Shown here piece by piece: positions 16,513 to 31,269 of a stretch of 64,000 nucleotides of DNA. The notes below the pieces were generated by a model. The model saw nothing but the letters and a program-made list of their open reading frames with translations. It was not told the origin of the DNA and did not search any database. The translations under genes and the position numbers were made by a program. The DNA lies in assembly GCF_009914755.1 (NCBI RefSeq), contig NC_060927.1; one strand, given 5' to 3'. The first letter of the stretch is position 1. The number at the start of each line of letters is the position of its first letter. The stretch is from the human T2T-CHM13v2.0 reference genome, Homo sapiens.

Positions 16513-17149
16513 TAGTAAATTAGAAAATGTCATTAGGACATCAGACCTGTGTGTTTGCCTCTGTATAGAGGTATAAAGTCACTTGCACAAATAAATTTAG
16601 ATAGAAAAGTATGAGTTGATTTTAAAGGACACAAACAACAAACAAGATAAAGTAAGGAGATAAAGCAACAATTATATAGGGGCTTGAGAATTACCAGGAA
16701 CTAGGATTAGTGCATTCAGACCTAAGCAAATGGTTAAGCATTTTTTTCTTTGTTTTGTAGATGGAATTGTGAGGAAAATTGCTTTGCTACACATCTTCAG
16801 CATAAAAATTTGAGGAGGAGTGGGATTAACTGGCACCTTTGATCACCTGTTTATTCTTTGAATGGACTGGATGTTTCTTAAGGGAGGTTCAGGGAGGAGG
16901 GCAGAAAAGCAAGGAGACTCTACTTAATCAACTGGATTAGCCTAATCAGTTCTGGCTTTCCGATCGATAGAAGACAGATGCTGCCATCAGATGATGCTAG
17001 CTTCCTCCAAAAATCTGCACTGCCTCTGGAGACAACCTGGAAATCCCTTCTAGCATCCTTTGGCCCTGACAGGAAGACAAAGTTGGCAAGGCTCAGCAAA
17101 CAGCAATCTTTTCCTACATTTAAAATTTAAAGCACACTTTAAAATTCTT

Positions 17150-17261
17150 ATTTACACTAGTCACATTCAAATGCTTAATAGCATCATATAGCTAGTAGCT
17201 ACCATATTGGATAGCACAAATATGGAATATTCGTTCCTGAAAAAGTTAATTGGCCAGTTCT
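17150..17261. mobile_element. MER3 fragment
   Basis: gctagtagctaccatattggatagcac..aaaagttaattggccagttctg. Confidence 0.65.
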
Positions 17262-19098
17262 GAATCAATGAGTTCTTTCTGAAACTTTGGACCAAATCAG
17301 CCTATTTTCCAGGAGGATCATCTAATCCTGAGGGATGTGGGGTACATGGGTGGGTGTGTTGGGGTGGGGAAGACAATCAGCAGCCAGTAAGGTTTTTTCC
17401 ATTTTCTCTTCCCTCACCATTTCTTAGTCTACATGCATCCCCCCAGGATATGCCTCTTGTCAACATACTACTCCATCTGGGGTTGATTGGCTTCTCCACA
17501 TGAATTTCGTGTGTAACTTGGGTTTACTAATTCAAAGGAATTCTTGCTATTTCTGGAGAGAGTTAATATGCAATGAATCAAAAAGGAAAAACCATGTCCT
17601 TTCCCTGAAGGTAGTGAAATAATCCACAGGCAATGCTAGCTCTCTTTGGCAGACAGTATATTTAAAAGAATAAGAAAAGAGGTGACTTAAAGGTGGAAGG
17701 AAATTTATTTTGGAGTTTCTCCAAGTGGAGTCAGGAGATTGAACTAGAAAAGTCAGAAGTGGATGTTGAAAACTCTGGATGTTTTTGTTACATGGGTCTC
17801 GTCCCTTGCAGCCCAGACTCACAGCTGCACTTTGAGTAATGCCGAAGAAACATCGATTGAGTGCTGAGGAAACAAGTATCTCCACTCGATTGGAGAAAAT
17901 ACAATGTGCCACACGCTTAGTGAAAATCAATAATGCAGGAAAATTTACTGGCTGCTATTCCTATCTTAGTTGCCCTAATTGTAGAGGCTGGCAAAGTCAC
18001 TGGTTTTTTAGATTTAGAGGTTAAGCAGAACGTACCAATCACTAGCTCTTTGGTAGACCTGAAAAGAGTCTTAATGGAGCTGTTTTCTGTGATCATGGAA
18101 TGAGAAACAAGTAGAGAAAGCCGGCTGAAAAACGGGTTGGAGGCTCCTGTGCCAAGAGCTGCTTCTAAGAGTTCAGGGTTTGTTGTGTAGGAGAGAATCA
18201 TGAAAGCGCTTCGAGCAAGATTTCTCGAAGTAGAAATCCTCACCCGGCTCACTTCTTCCACATAAGTCATCCACCTGGCCCTGATTGGGATTTGAGTTTA
18301 TGACCTTGCTTTGGGGGAATCTTAAGCATTGCTTATAAATAGGCCAATTTGAAGGCCAGTAGAGAAGGGAGGGAGAGCCTTCGAGGAGCTGTGGACTGGA
18401 GGAGTTGTCTGTTGTGGTCAGAATTGGAGGTAAAAGCTGTCTACCATGGGCCATCCCTTTATGAGTTATTGAAAAAGAAGGAATTTAGAAACAGTGAGAG
18501 AATTAGAATGTAGGGCAGGGGAGAGCTAGTGGAAGGGTGTGGATAGAGAAGGACAGATGACGATTGAACTCTGGTCAGTAACTTGATGAATTATAGTCCC
18601 AGCCCTTGAATGATGGCTGGAAGTCATCGAGTTTTTCAATTTTACTAAGTTGTCACTCACATGTTACGTTAGCTGAACTGATAACTGCTGCATCCTGCTC
18701 AGAAGGGGAAACAGCTCTCCATGCTATACTGCCACTTGCATAGTATTGATTTTGTGTGGATGGGCTGTAATTCATGGAAGTCCCTCCTTTCTTTATCTAG
18801 CTCCAGATTTTCAAAAGTCTTTTGTGAATTGCACTAGTTTAGCAATAGCCCAGTGTGAAATCTTATTGTGCTTGTAGATGATTGCTTGGGATTTGGGGAG
18901 GAGAGTACTAGTGAGAAGATCACCAAACATGCGGTGACGTAAATAAGGCAAGGAATAAGGTGACATCTGTCAATCAGGGATCGAAGGAAACAGTTCTGAC
19001 TGTAGCTCTCACCCTTGAACTCAGAGGCATCCCTGGGGAAGAAGAGAGGGGAAAGTAAATGTTTGAAATGTTGCTATTTCCATATTATAAAGTTATTT

Positions 19099-19389
19099 CT
19101 CACTCCTGTAATCCCAGCACTTTGGGAGGCCGAGGTGGGTGGATCACTTGAGGTCAGGAGTTCAAAACCAGCCTGACCAACATGGCAAAACCCTGTCTCT
19201 ACTAAAAATAAAAAATTAGCCAGGCGTGGTGGCTCATGCCTGTAATCCCAGCTACTCAGGAGGCTGAGACAGGAGATTCTCTTGAAGCCAGGAGGCGGAG
19301 GTTGCAGTGAGCCGAGATCACACCACTGTACTCAAGCCTGGGCAACAAGAGCAAAACTCTGTCTCAGTAAATAAATAAATAATAAATAA
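19099..19389 (+). mobile_element. AluS, slightly 5'-truncated, (TAAA)n tail
   Basis: Begins ctcactcctgtaatccc; TSD taaagttatt/taaagctatt. Confidence 0.93.
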
Positions 19390-19825
19390 AGCTATTCAAT
19401 TCATTCTCTCTCTCTCTCTCTTTTTTCTTTTGCTGAAACATTGGTCCCAGAAAGGAAGATTTGTTTATGGAGACAATAGACCAGTTGGGTCTTAGTGAGG
19501 CAGATCTAATGTTGCCCAACACTATGTACTTAGGTGCTGTGGGTACTTTTGTGCTTCTCTGCTCAGCTAGGATTTGGGATCTGAAGCTGACTTCTGTTGA
19601 TTATCAATGTTCATTTAGACACGGCCATGGAATACTGATTCTACTTCCTTCCCTGCCCTCCCCACACTCTTGGGTTATGTCAAAGAGTGACTTTTGGGAG
19701 AATCTTGAAATCTGGAGGTGTTTTGTATAAGTGATATCTTGACCTTGATCTTTGACCTAGGAATTTGGGGCCTCATTCTTTGTATATTTCCACTGCAATC
19801 TGTTTTGTTTTACTCCATTCTGTCT

Positions 19826-20138
19826 CTTTTATTTTATCCTATTTTTTATTTTTCAAGAGGGACTCTCACTCTGTTGCCCAGGCTGTAGTGCAGTGGCGTG
19901 ATCTTGGCTCACTGGAACCTTTGCCTTCTGGGCTCAAGCGATTCTCCTTCTTCAGCCTCCCAAGTAGCTGAGATGACAGGTGCACACCACCACGCCTGGC
20001 TAATTTTTTTGTGTTTTTGAAGAGACAGGGGTTTCACCCTGTTGGCCAAGCTGGTCTCAAACTCCTGACCTCAGGTGATCTGCCTGCCTTGGCCTCCCAA
20101 AGTGCTGGGATTACAGGTGTGAGCCACTGTACCCAGCC
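19826..20138 (-). mobile_element. AluS
   Basis: Full reverse dimer ending ccactgtacccagcc. Confidence 0.93.
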
Positions 20139-20309
20139 GTATGTCTTTGATTTTAAGTATCACATTTAGCAAGTAACTCTGATTCAACACGTAATAACAA
20201 TATATAATAATGATAACCAGTTATTATATCATTAATATTTTGCATAATATTAATATACGAGTTGATATCATGGTATACTTTATCACTGCTGATATAATAA
20301 TAATTTTTA

Positions 20310-20540
20310 TCACTAGTAACATTTATTGAGCCCCTAATATGAGCCAGATGCTGTGCTAAAGAGGATACTAAGGATACTTTTCATCTATCATCTCATCTAA
20401 TCTTCATAAAACCTGTAGGTGAGTATAATCATTTTGCTCATTATAGATGGGCAAAAAGAAATTTGTATACAGGATTGAAGAGATGGGCTCTGGGACACAT
20501 TGCAAGATGACAGTAGAGCCAGGCCTTCTGCCCCATTGTC
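20310..20540 (-). mobile_element. MIR
   Basis: aacatttattgagcccctaatatgagccagatgctgtgctaa..cattatagatggg. Confidence 0.75.
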
Positions 20541-21384
20541 CTCATTTGTCGTCATCTCCCCACCCACCCCACCCCACCCACCTTTTAAGCATGGCTCTGT
20601 GATTTGATGTGGGATGGCAGGTGCCTCCATGCCCAGGAGGCTGTTCCTCCCTCAAGCCTTCTGCTCTCAGGATGGTGAAGCCAGTATCAACCTCCAGGAA
20701 GATATCATTTTCCAGTGACCTAATGATGGCTCCAAGCCCCATTAGTTGACTGGCACTGTGGATTTCAGGGTGATTGTTTAATGGATCATGGAGCCAGTTC
20801 ACTTCTGGGTCACCCCATCCCCAATGATCCTTAGCAATACATTCGTAGATGGGTGCCGAGCTCGTTCTGCAGTGGGTGAGCTCCACAGAGCACAGCTCCT
20901 GGGGCAGAGCAGTGATTCAGATCTGTTGATTAGCAGGCTCTTCTCCCCCTAATGCGGTCTGCCTCCTCTAAATAATATGTGAGGGACTGTGCAGGGAGTC
21001 ATGTGATGATGAATTATGATTGGTGTGAAATTGACCCAGACTTGTCTTTGTTCTCATTGACAAGAATTTGTTCTCAGTGGCTGAAGATGGAACCTTCCAC
21101 CCTCATACCATGGAAATACGAGCTTGGGTTTCTCTTATTCGTTCCCTGCTCTGGGGTCCCCAAGTCAGCCCACAAGGCTAGTTTCAGCAGTCAGATGCCG
21201 GTGTGTATTTTGGGAGCACCAAAATGCAAGTGTCTATAATTTGTCATGTAACAGGTACCTGGGAACCTACAACAGTGTTGTCCTTTCAGCTATACTGAGA
21301 TCCCCTGATGGTTCCCAGGGTCCAGCAGACTCTTGTAGCAACATTGTAGAGGGGCAGCATAGCCTAGTGGTAGAGCTTTGCCTG

Positions 21385-21506
21385 GGACATCTTGATTTGC
21401 CTAGGACAGTTGCAGTTTGTACTTATTGTCCTGGAATACTTATTAATAGCTTCTTCTTTCACTCTTAAAAGTGTCCTGTTGGAAGAGAAAATGTATGGTC
21501 ATTTTA
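21385..21506. mobile_element. MER94-like (hAT-Blackjack) MITE
   Basis: tttgcctaggacagt..tattaatagc..tttcactcttaaaagtgtcctg..tatggtca. Confidence 0.7.
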
Positions 21507-21507
21507 T

Positions 21508-21600
21508 GACATGGTAAAGAATGCAGGCGCTGGAGTCCATAGCCGAAGTGTGAATCTTGGGTTTTCCTATTACCAGCTGTGTAACCTTGGACAATTAGCT
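21508..21600 (+). mobile_element. MIR 5' half (continues at 26385-26484 after the L1 block)
   Basis: ggtaaagaatgcaggcgctggagtc..ccagctgtgtaaccttggacaatt; resumes ctttctgagcttcagcttcctcatttctaaaatggg. Confidence 0.8.
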
Positions 21601-21759
21601 TTCTTTTAAAAAATTGATGTATAATAGTTGTACATATTTTAGGGGTATATGTGATATTTTGATGCCTGCATACAATGTGTAATGATCAAATCAAGGTAAT
21701 TGGGACATTCATCATCTCTAACATTTTTTTGTGTGTGTTGAGAACATTAAAATCTCTTC

Positions 21760-24596
<2,837 letters not shown>

Positions 24597-24926
24597 TATC
24601 CCCCTCAAAACAAATCTAGCTATTTTGAAATATATAACAAACTATTGTTAACTATAATTTCCCTGCTGTGCTACTGAATACTAGAACTTATTCCTTCTGA
24701 CTGTATTTTTGTACCCCTTAACCACCACCTCTCATTCTCCCTCCCCACTTCCGTTTCCAGCCTCTGGTATCCACCATCCTACTCTCTACCTCCCCGAGAG
24801 TCACTTTTTAAGCTTTTCACATGTGAGTGAGAACATGTGGCATTGGTCTTCCTGTGTCTGGCTTATTTCACTTAACATAATGCCCTCTAGTTCCATTCAT
24901 GTTGCTGCAAATAACAGGATTCATTC

Positions 24927-25187
24927 TTTTTTTGAGACAGGGTCTCACTGTGTCCCCCACGCTGGAGGGCAGTGGTGTGATCTTGGCTCACTGCAGCCTC
25001 AACCTCCCAGGTTCAAGTAATTCTCTCTTATCTCAGCCTCTCAAGTAGCTTGCTATTTTTTTTTTTTTTTTGGAGAGACGGTTTTTTCATGTTGCCTAGG
25101 CTGGCCTCGAACTCCTTAATTCAAGTGATCCTCCAGTCTTGGCCTCCCAAAGTGCTGGGATTACAGGCATGTACTACCACACCTGGC
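24927..25187 (-). mobile_element. Alu (J/S-old) with an internal deletion
   Basis: Reverse dimer inside L1MA; TSD gat(t)tcattctt. Confidence 0.9.
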
Positions 25188-26029
25188 TGATTTCATTCTT
25201 TAAGGGTGAACAGTTTTCTATTGTATATATGTACCACAGTTCTTTATCCATTCATTCATCAATGGGCATTTAGGTTGATTTCATATCTTGGTTACTGTGA
25301 CTAGTGCTGTAACAAACATGGGAGTGCACATTATCTCTTCAATATACCAATCTCCTCTCTTTCAGATATATACCCAGCAATGGGATTGCTGGATCATGTG
25401 GTAGTTTTGTTTTTTAGGTTTTTGAGCAACCTCAATACTGTTCTCCATAATGGCTGTCCTAATTTACATTTCCACAAACAGCATATGCAGGTTCCCCTTT
25501 CTCTGCATTCTTGCCAGCATTTGCTATTTTTTTCCTTTTTGATAACAGCCATTCTAACTGGGATGAGGAGCTATCTCCTTGTGGTTTTGATCTGCATTTC
25601 CCTGATGATTAATGATGTTGGGCATTTTTCTATATACCCGTTGGCCATTTGTATGTCTTCATTTGTTCTATATATATTCTGGTTATTAATCTCTTCTCAG
25701 ATGGATAGTTTGCACATATTTTCTCCCATTGCATGGGTTTTCTCTTAACTTTGTTTCCTTTGCTGTGCAGAAGCTTTTTAGCTTGATGTGATCCTATTTG
25801 TCCAGTTTTGCTTTGGTTGCCTGTGGTTTTGAAGTCTTAACTCAACAAATCTTTGCCCAGGCCAATGTCCTGTAGCATTTTCTTCTACAGAAAGTAGTAG
25901 AAAGTGTAGTAGTTTCATAGTTTCTGGTCTTAAAATTAAGTCTTTACTCCATTTTGAGTTGATTAAATATATGGTGAAAGATGGGGACCTAGCTTCATTC
26001 TTCTGCATATGGATATCTTGTTTTCCTAG

Positions 26030-26318
<289 letters not shown>

Positions 26319-26384
26319 CTCTAGTACCATTTATTAACAAGACTGTCCTTTCCCCAATGTATGTTCCTGGTCCCTGACTACCAG

Positions 26385-26484
26385 CTTTCTGAGCTTCAGC
26401 TTCCTCATTTCTAAAATGGGAAGAATAATGGCTACTATTTTTGAGGGTTGTTCTGAAGATTAAAGGCAATAATACATGTGAAGG
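26385..26484 (+). mobile_element. MIR 3' half, truncated at the LTR12C junction
   Basis: cttcctcatttctaaaatgggaagaataat..gagggttgttctgaagattaaa..catgtgaagg. Confidence 0.8.
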
Positions 26485-27766
26485 TGAGAGGTGACAGCGT
26501 GCTGGCAGTCCTCAGAGCCCTCGCTTGCTCTCGGCACCTCCCCTGCCTGGGCTCCCACTTTGGCGGCATCTGAGGAGCCCTTCAGCGTCCCCCGGCACTG
26601 TGGGAGCCCCTTTCTGGGCTGGCCAAGGCTGGAGCCCACTCCCTCAGCTTGCAGGGAGGTGTGGAGGGAGAGGCGCAAGCGGGAACCGGGGCTGCGTGCG
26701 GCGCTTGTGGGCCAGCTGGAGTTCCGGGTGGGCGTGGGCTTGGCGGGCCTCGCACTCGGAGCAGCCAGCCATCCCTGCTGGCCCCGGGCAATGAGGGACT
26801 TAGCACCCGGGCCAGTGGCTGTGGAGGGTGTACTGGGTCCCCCAGCAGTGCCGGCCCACCGGCGCTGTGCTCGATTTCTCTCCGGGCCTTAGCTGCCTTC
26901 CCGCGGGGCAGGGCTTGGGACCTGCAGCCCGCCATGCCTGAGCCTCCCACCCACTCCATGGGCTCCTGTGCGGCCCGAGCCTCCCCGACGAGCACCACCC
27001 CCTGCTCCAGGCGCCCAGTCCCATCGACCACCCAAGGGCTGAGGAATGCGAGCGCACAGCCCAGGACTGGCAGGCAGCTCCACCTGCAGCCCCGGTGCGG
27101 GATCCACTAGGTGAAGCCAGCTGGGCTCCTGAGTCTGGTGGGGACGTGGAGAGTCTTTATGTCTAGCTCAGGGATTGTAAATACACCAATCAGCACCCTG
27201 TGTTTAGCTCAAGGTTTGTGAGTGCACCAATCGACACTCTGTATCTAGCTGCTCTGGTGGGGCCTTGGAGAACCTGTGTGTGGAAACTCTGTATCTAACT
27301 AATCTGATGGGGACGTGGAGAACCTTTGTATCTAGCTCAGGGATTGTAAAGGCACCAATCAGCGCCCTGACAAAACAGGCCACTGGGCTCTACCAATCAG
27401 CAGGATGTGGGTGGGGCCAGATAAGAGACTAAAAGCAGGCTGCCCGAGCCAGCATTGGCAACCCGCTCGGGTCCCCTTCCACACTGTGGGAGCTTTGTTC
27501 TTTCGCTCTTTGCAATAAATCTTTCTACTGCTCACTCTTTGGGTCCACGCTGCTTTTATGAGCTGTGACACTCACCGTGAAGATCTGCAGCTTCATTCCT
27601 GAGCCCAGCGAGACCACGAACCCACCAGAAGAAGAAACTCCGAACACATCTGAACATCAGAAGGGACAGACTCCAGACACGCCACCTTAAGAGCTGTAAC
27701 ACCGCGAGGGTCCACGGCTTCATTCTTGAAGTCAGTGAGACCAAGAACCCACCAATTCCGGACACA
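26485..27766 (+). mobile_element. Solo LTR12C (ERV9/HERV9 LTR)
   Basis: Canonical ends tgagaggtgacagcgtgctggc...ccaattccggacaca; GC/CpG-rich U3; tandem CCAAT-containing enhancer repeats; AATAAA at 27514; no PBS or internal sequence follows. Confidence 0.96.
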
Positions 27767-27845
27767 AAACCAAGGAAGTGAATTTCAAACTTAATTTACA
27801 TTTAAATAGCAACATACAGCTAGTGGCTACTATATTGGGCAGTTC
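27767..27845. mobile_element. MER3 3' half, truncated at the LTR12C junction
   Basis: aggaagtgaattt..taatttacatttaaatagcaacatacagctagtggctactatattgggcag. Confidence 0.7.
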
Positions 27846-28954
27846 ATCTCCGAACTCTCTTTACCATGAACACAGAGTGCATTACTGCTCTAGAGCTCAT
27901 ATAGGGCTCTCTTCTATCTGTGCTGGGAGCTGGGTGACATAGCAGGACAACCACCAGGGATGATTATTGGGAAGTAATCTTCCTTTTTCTTCTTGTGTCA
28001 CTCAGCAGTATTCCCAGAAGGCCACCAGCCCAGAGTACTGGGGACACTTCTTCATTATAGGGGATTTAAGTTGTGTACCCAGTAATTGACTATATTCTCT
28101 TCTCTGTTGTCCAAGGTTGCTGCTTCTTATACCCTGTTATATTTAGACCTATTTCCAGGGCGCTATAGAAGCCCCAGAAAAGCCTTCTCTGTTGCTTTGC
28201 CACCTGGCTTGTGTGTTTGTTTGGAAATTGATGAGCCTGCTTCCTTCTGCCTCTTCAACAACAGATGACGGTCCTTGCTTAGAATCTAGGGTTTCAGTTT
28301 CTCACTCCTCAAATGCTTAGCTTGTAATATATTCAGTATTGTTTGTTCTGTTCATGTAACTAGTAACACAGTATGGCTCACTGCAGGTCTGAGCTCAATA
28401 CATCTGATGGAGAGTCAGCCAGGTCCCTTTGCAAAGTGTTGCTCCATCTGCTCATCCCTGACCAGCGGGGCCAGAATTGAGCGAGACCAAACTGCCCAAG
28501 GAAACAGCTGCCAAATGGCTTTTGGCAGACATGGAGATGCCCTGTGGCCTACTCCTGACCACAGCAGAAGAGAAATTAATGCCATACTGTATTGTCTAGT
28601 TACTTAATTCTTGGCAAGCCCAAGCTATGGATAATCTCATTTGTAAATAGATCAAATCATTTTAAACCCATAAAAGAAACAGGCCACAAGAAATGGTAAA
28701 AATGTTTGAATCTGCTCTTGGGTTGAAGAGGACATTGCAACTTGTCTAACTGTTCTGAGAGTAAACCTACATTGGTCCTCTGTGGTCTGACTATCGTTGC
28801 CTTTTATTTTTTAATCATAACTTATAGTTCCACAAATTGAGGAAGAGGCCAGGAATTTACCCACATAAACTATTATATCTGAATTCCCTCTAAGGCAAAT
28901 TCTTTCCAAAATAACTGGGATGATAAGAGACAGCCCTCTTAGATGTTGGCTGTG

Positions 28955-29170
28955 TGTTTGCTGCGTGTCTGGTATGATGCTCAATGCTTTGTATGGATTA
29001 TTCCCTTTAATCCTCACAATATTCTTCTAGAATATTCTAGAAATATTCTCATTTGCAGGTGAGGAGGTTTTTAGGATAGTGGCTTGCTTAATATCACCCA
29101 GCTAGTAAGTGATGAAACCGGGATTGCAATACAAGCAAATTGACTTCACGGGTCTATATTGCTACCTCCT
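28955..29170 (-). mobile_element. MIR
   Basis: tttaatcctcacaat..catttgcaggtgaggagg..cacccagctagtaagtga..gggattgcaat. Confidence 0.75.
29024..29043. promoter_or_regulatory. Perfect four-pentamer heat-shock element (HSF motif)
   Basis: cTTCt aGAAt aTTCt aGAAa; motif match only, occupancy untested. Confidence 0.55.
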
Positions 29171-29209
29171 GTACTAATAGTTACAACAGTGCACATTTGG
29201 AGGCCACTT

Positions 29210-29532
<323 letters not shown>

Positions 29533-29790
29533 TTGGGGGCCACTTTCTATGTGCCAGAAACTGTGCTATGCACTTCATGTGAATTATCAGAGTTTTCTTC
29601 TTTTGTTTTTTCTTTTTGAATTCTCACAACAATCTTACAGCCTGTGGATATTACTCTTACTCCCAATTTATAGAAGAGCAAACTGAGGCTTACAGACTTG
29701 AAGGAGACTGACTAAAGTCAAATGGGAGGGAAGTGGTGGACCAGGATGAGCCCACAAATTAGCTCTCCCAAGAGCTGAAGTTCTTAGCTG
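29533..29790 (-). mobile_element. MIR
   Basis: atgtgccagaaactgtgctatgcac..tttatagaagagcaaactgaggct. Confidence 0.75.
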
Positions 29791-29971
29791 CAAGAGGCTG
29801 CATTCATTCCCCTACCAGACTGAGGATTTGTCCTGGGAGGTAGCTAGAGTTTTGCTTCTTAGGGATTTCCAACTGATAAGTAATGCAATAATATGTTTTT
29901 GAATTAAACTGCGAATTAGGACAGCACTACAGATTTGTGGTAATAGAGTAGAAGAGATTCATGGTATAAAT

Positions 29972-30586
29972 CAATGCTTCTCAAACTAGTAGTCCTGGTG
30001 AAGTACTAGGTTTTAGTTTAATTTTGTTTTGAGACAGTCTCGCTCTGTCACCCAGGCTGAAGTGCAGTGTGATCTTGGCTTACTGCAACTTCCGCCTCCT
30101 GGGTTCAAGTGATTCTCATGCCTCAGCCTCTCGAGTAGCTGGCACTACAGGTGTGCGCCACAATGCCCAGCTAATTTTTGTATTTTTAGTAGAGACGGGT
30201 TTTGCCATGTTGGCCAGGCTAGTCTCGAACTCCTGACCTCAGGTGGTCCACCTGCATCGGCCTCACAGAGTGCTGGGATTACATGTGTGAGCCACCCCGC
30301 CTGGCCAGTACTAGGCTTTATTTCCAGTTCATCATAGATCTGTTCATGGCCTTACTTCCAACGCAGCTTGGGCCACACCAAATTTACCAGGGAGCAAGCA
30401 CCCCAAATGACCTATACCTGGTTTGGTGAGACACGCCACAGACCCTATGCTCAGATGTCTCAGCAGTGTCAACTTGCTGTAAAAGTTAGTAAACATATTC
30501 TCAATTTCTTTATTGATCTCGTTTTAGACAGGTAAAAAATAGTTCATGAACCAGTGCCAGGATGGGCCACAGTTTGAGAATCATTA
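29972..30586. mobile_element. hAT-Charlie MITE (Charlie4a-like), split by an Alu
   Basis: TIRs caatgcttctcaaact / agtttgagaatcatt; gatgtctcagcagtgtcaacttgctgtaaaag..ttctcaatttct. Confidence 0.6.
30011..30306 (-). mobile_element. AluS
   Basis: Reverse dimer; TSD agtactagg. Confidence 0.93.
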
Positions 30587-31269
30587 TTGAAAAATGAAAG
30601 CTTTCAGGCTCAGAATTCAGGAATCACCAATTCTAGTACCTGCATGTACCTTGCTGTGTGGCTCTCAAAAAAGTGAGCTGTGTGGCTTACTTAACCTCTC
30701 TGAGTTCAACCTCTTTGTCTGTCAATAAATGGGTTTGGAGCCGAGAAATACAAGATCCCTGCTAGCTCCAAGGCACTATCATTCCATGTTGATTTTAAGT
30801 CTTCTGTGCGGCAGATGCCAGTGGCCAGGAGCATGAGAACAACATACAATTTAGAACATATCGAAATGCTCTGTTTCTTGACAAACCTGGCACAAGAGAG
30901 TTGGGAGCTTTGCCTAATAAAGTGCTCTTATGATTTATAGCCAGTGACATCCCTTTGTTTGACAAATGAATTTCAAGGGCACCAGAGTAGGTTGAATATG
31001 CTGAAAATCAAAGTGTGTACAATGTGCCAAAGTGAGCTGTGTGTGGTAAATCTTTGAGTTTAATTACAATGATAGTTAAAATAACAGGAAATATAATGAG
31101 GCTTGTGAAGTATAATTCCCTTGTTTGTTGTTAAGTATGGTTTCTTTCAACATCAGTCAGGAAGCCAGGCCCGGGGTCCTGGGTTTCTACGTCAGTCGTG
31201 TTTGAGAAAGTGATTCAAGGGCCTCCACTTCTATGGTAGCTTCAGAGGGATGCTTTTATTCTGTTTTCT

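Noticed and set aside
17547-18454. Overlapping 93-127 aa minus-strand ORFs as a gene, pseudogene or endogenous viral element
   Set aside because: No recognisable domain, no poly(A) or TSD, and stops in the opposite-strand frame. A tblastx/PhyloCSF hit would be needed.
27130-27400. Spaced direct repeats resembling a CRISPR-like array
   Set aside because: These are the known tandem enhancer repeats of ERV9 LTR U3; eukaryotic context with no unique spacers.
26460-27765. Stack of long GC-rich ORFs on both strands
   Set aside because: All lie inside LTR12C; stop codons are rare in GC-rich U3 sequence.
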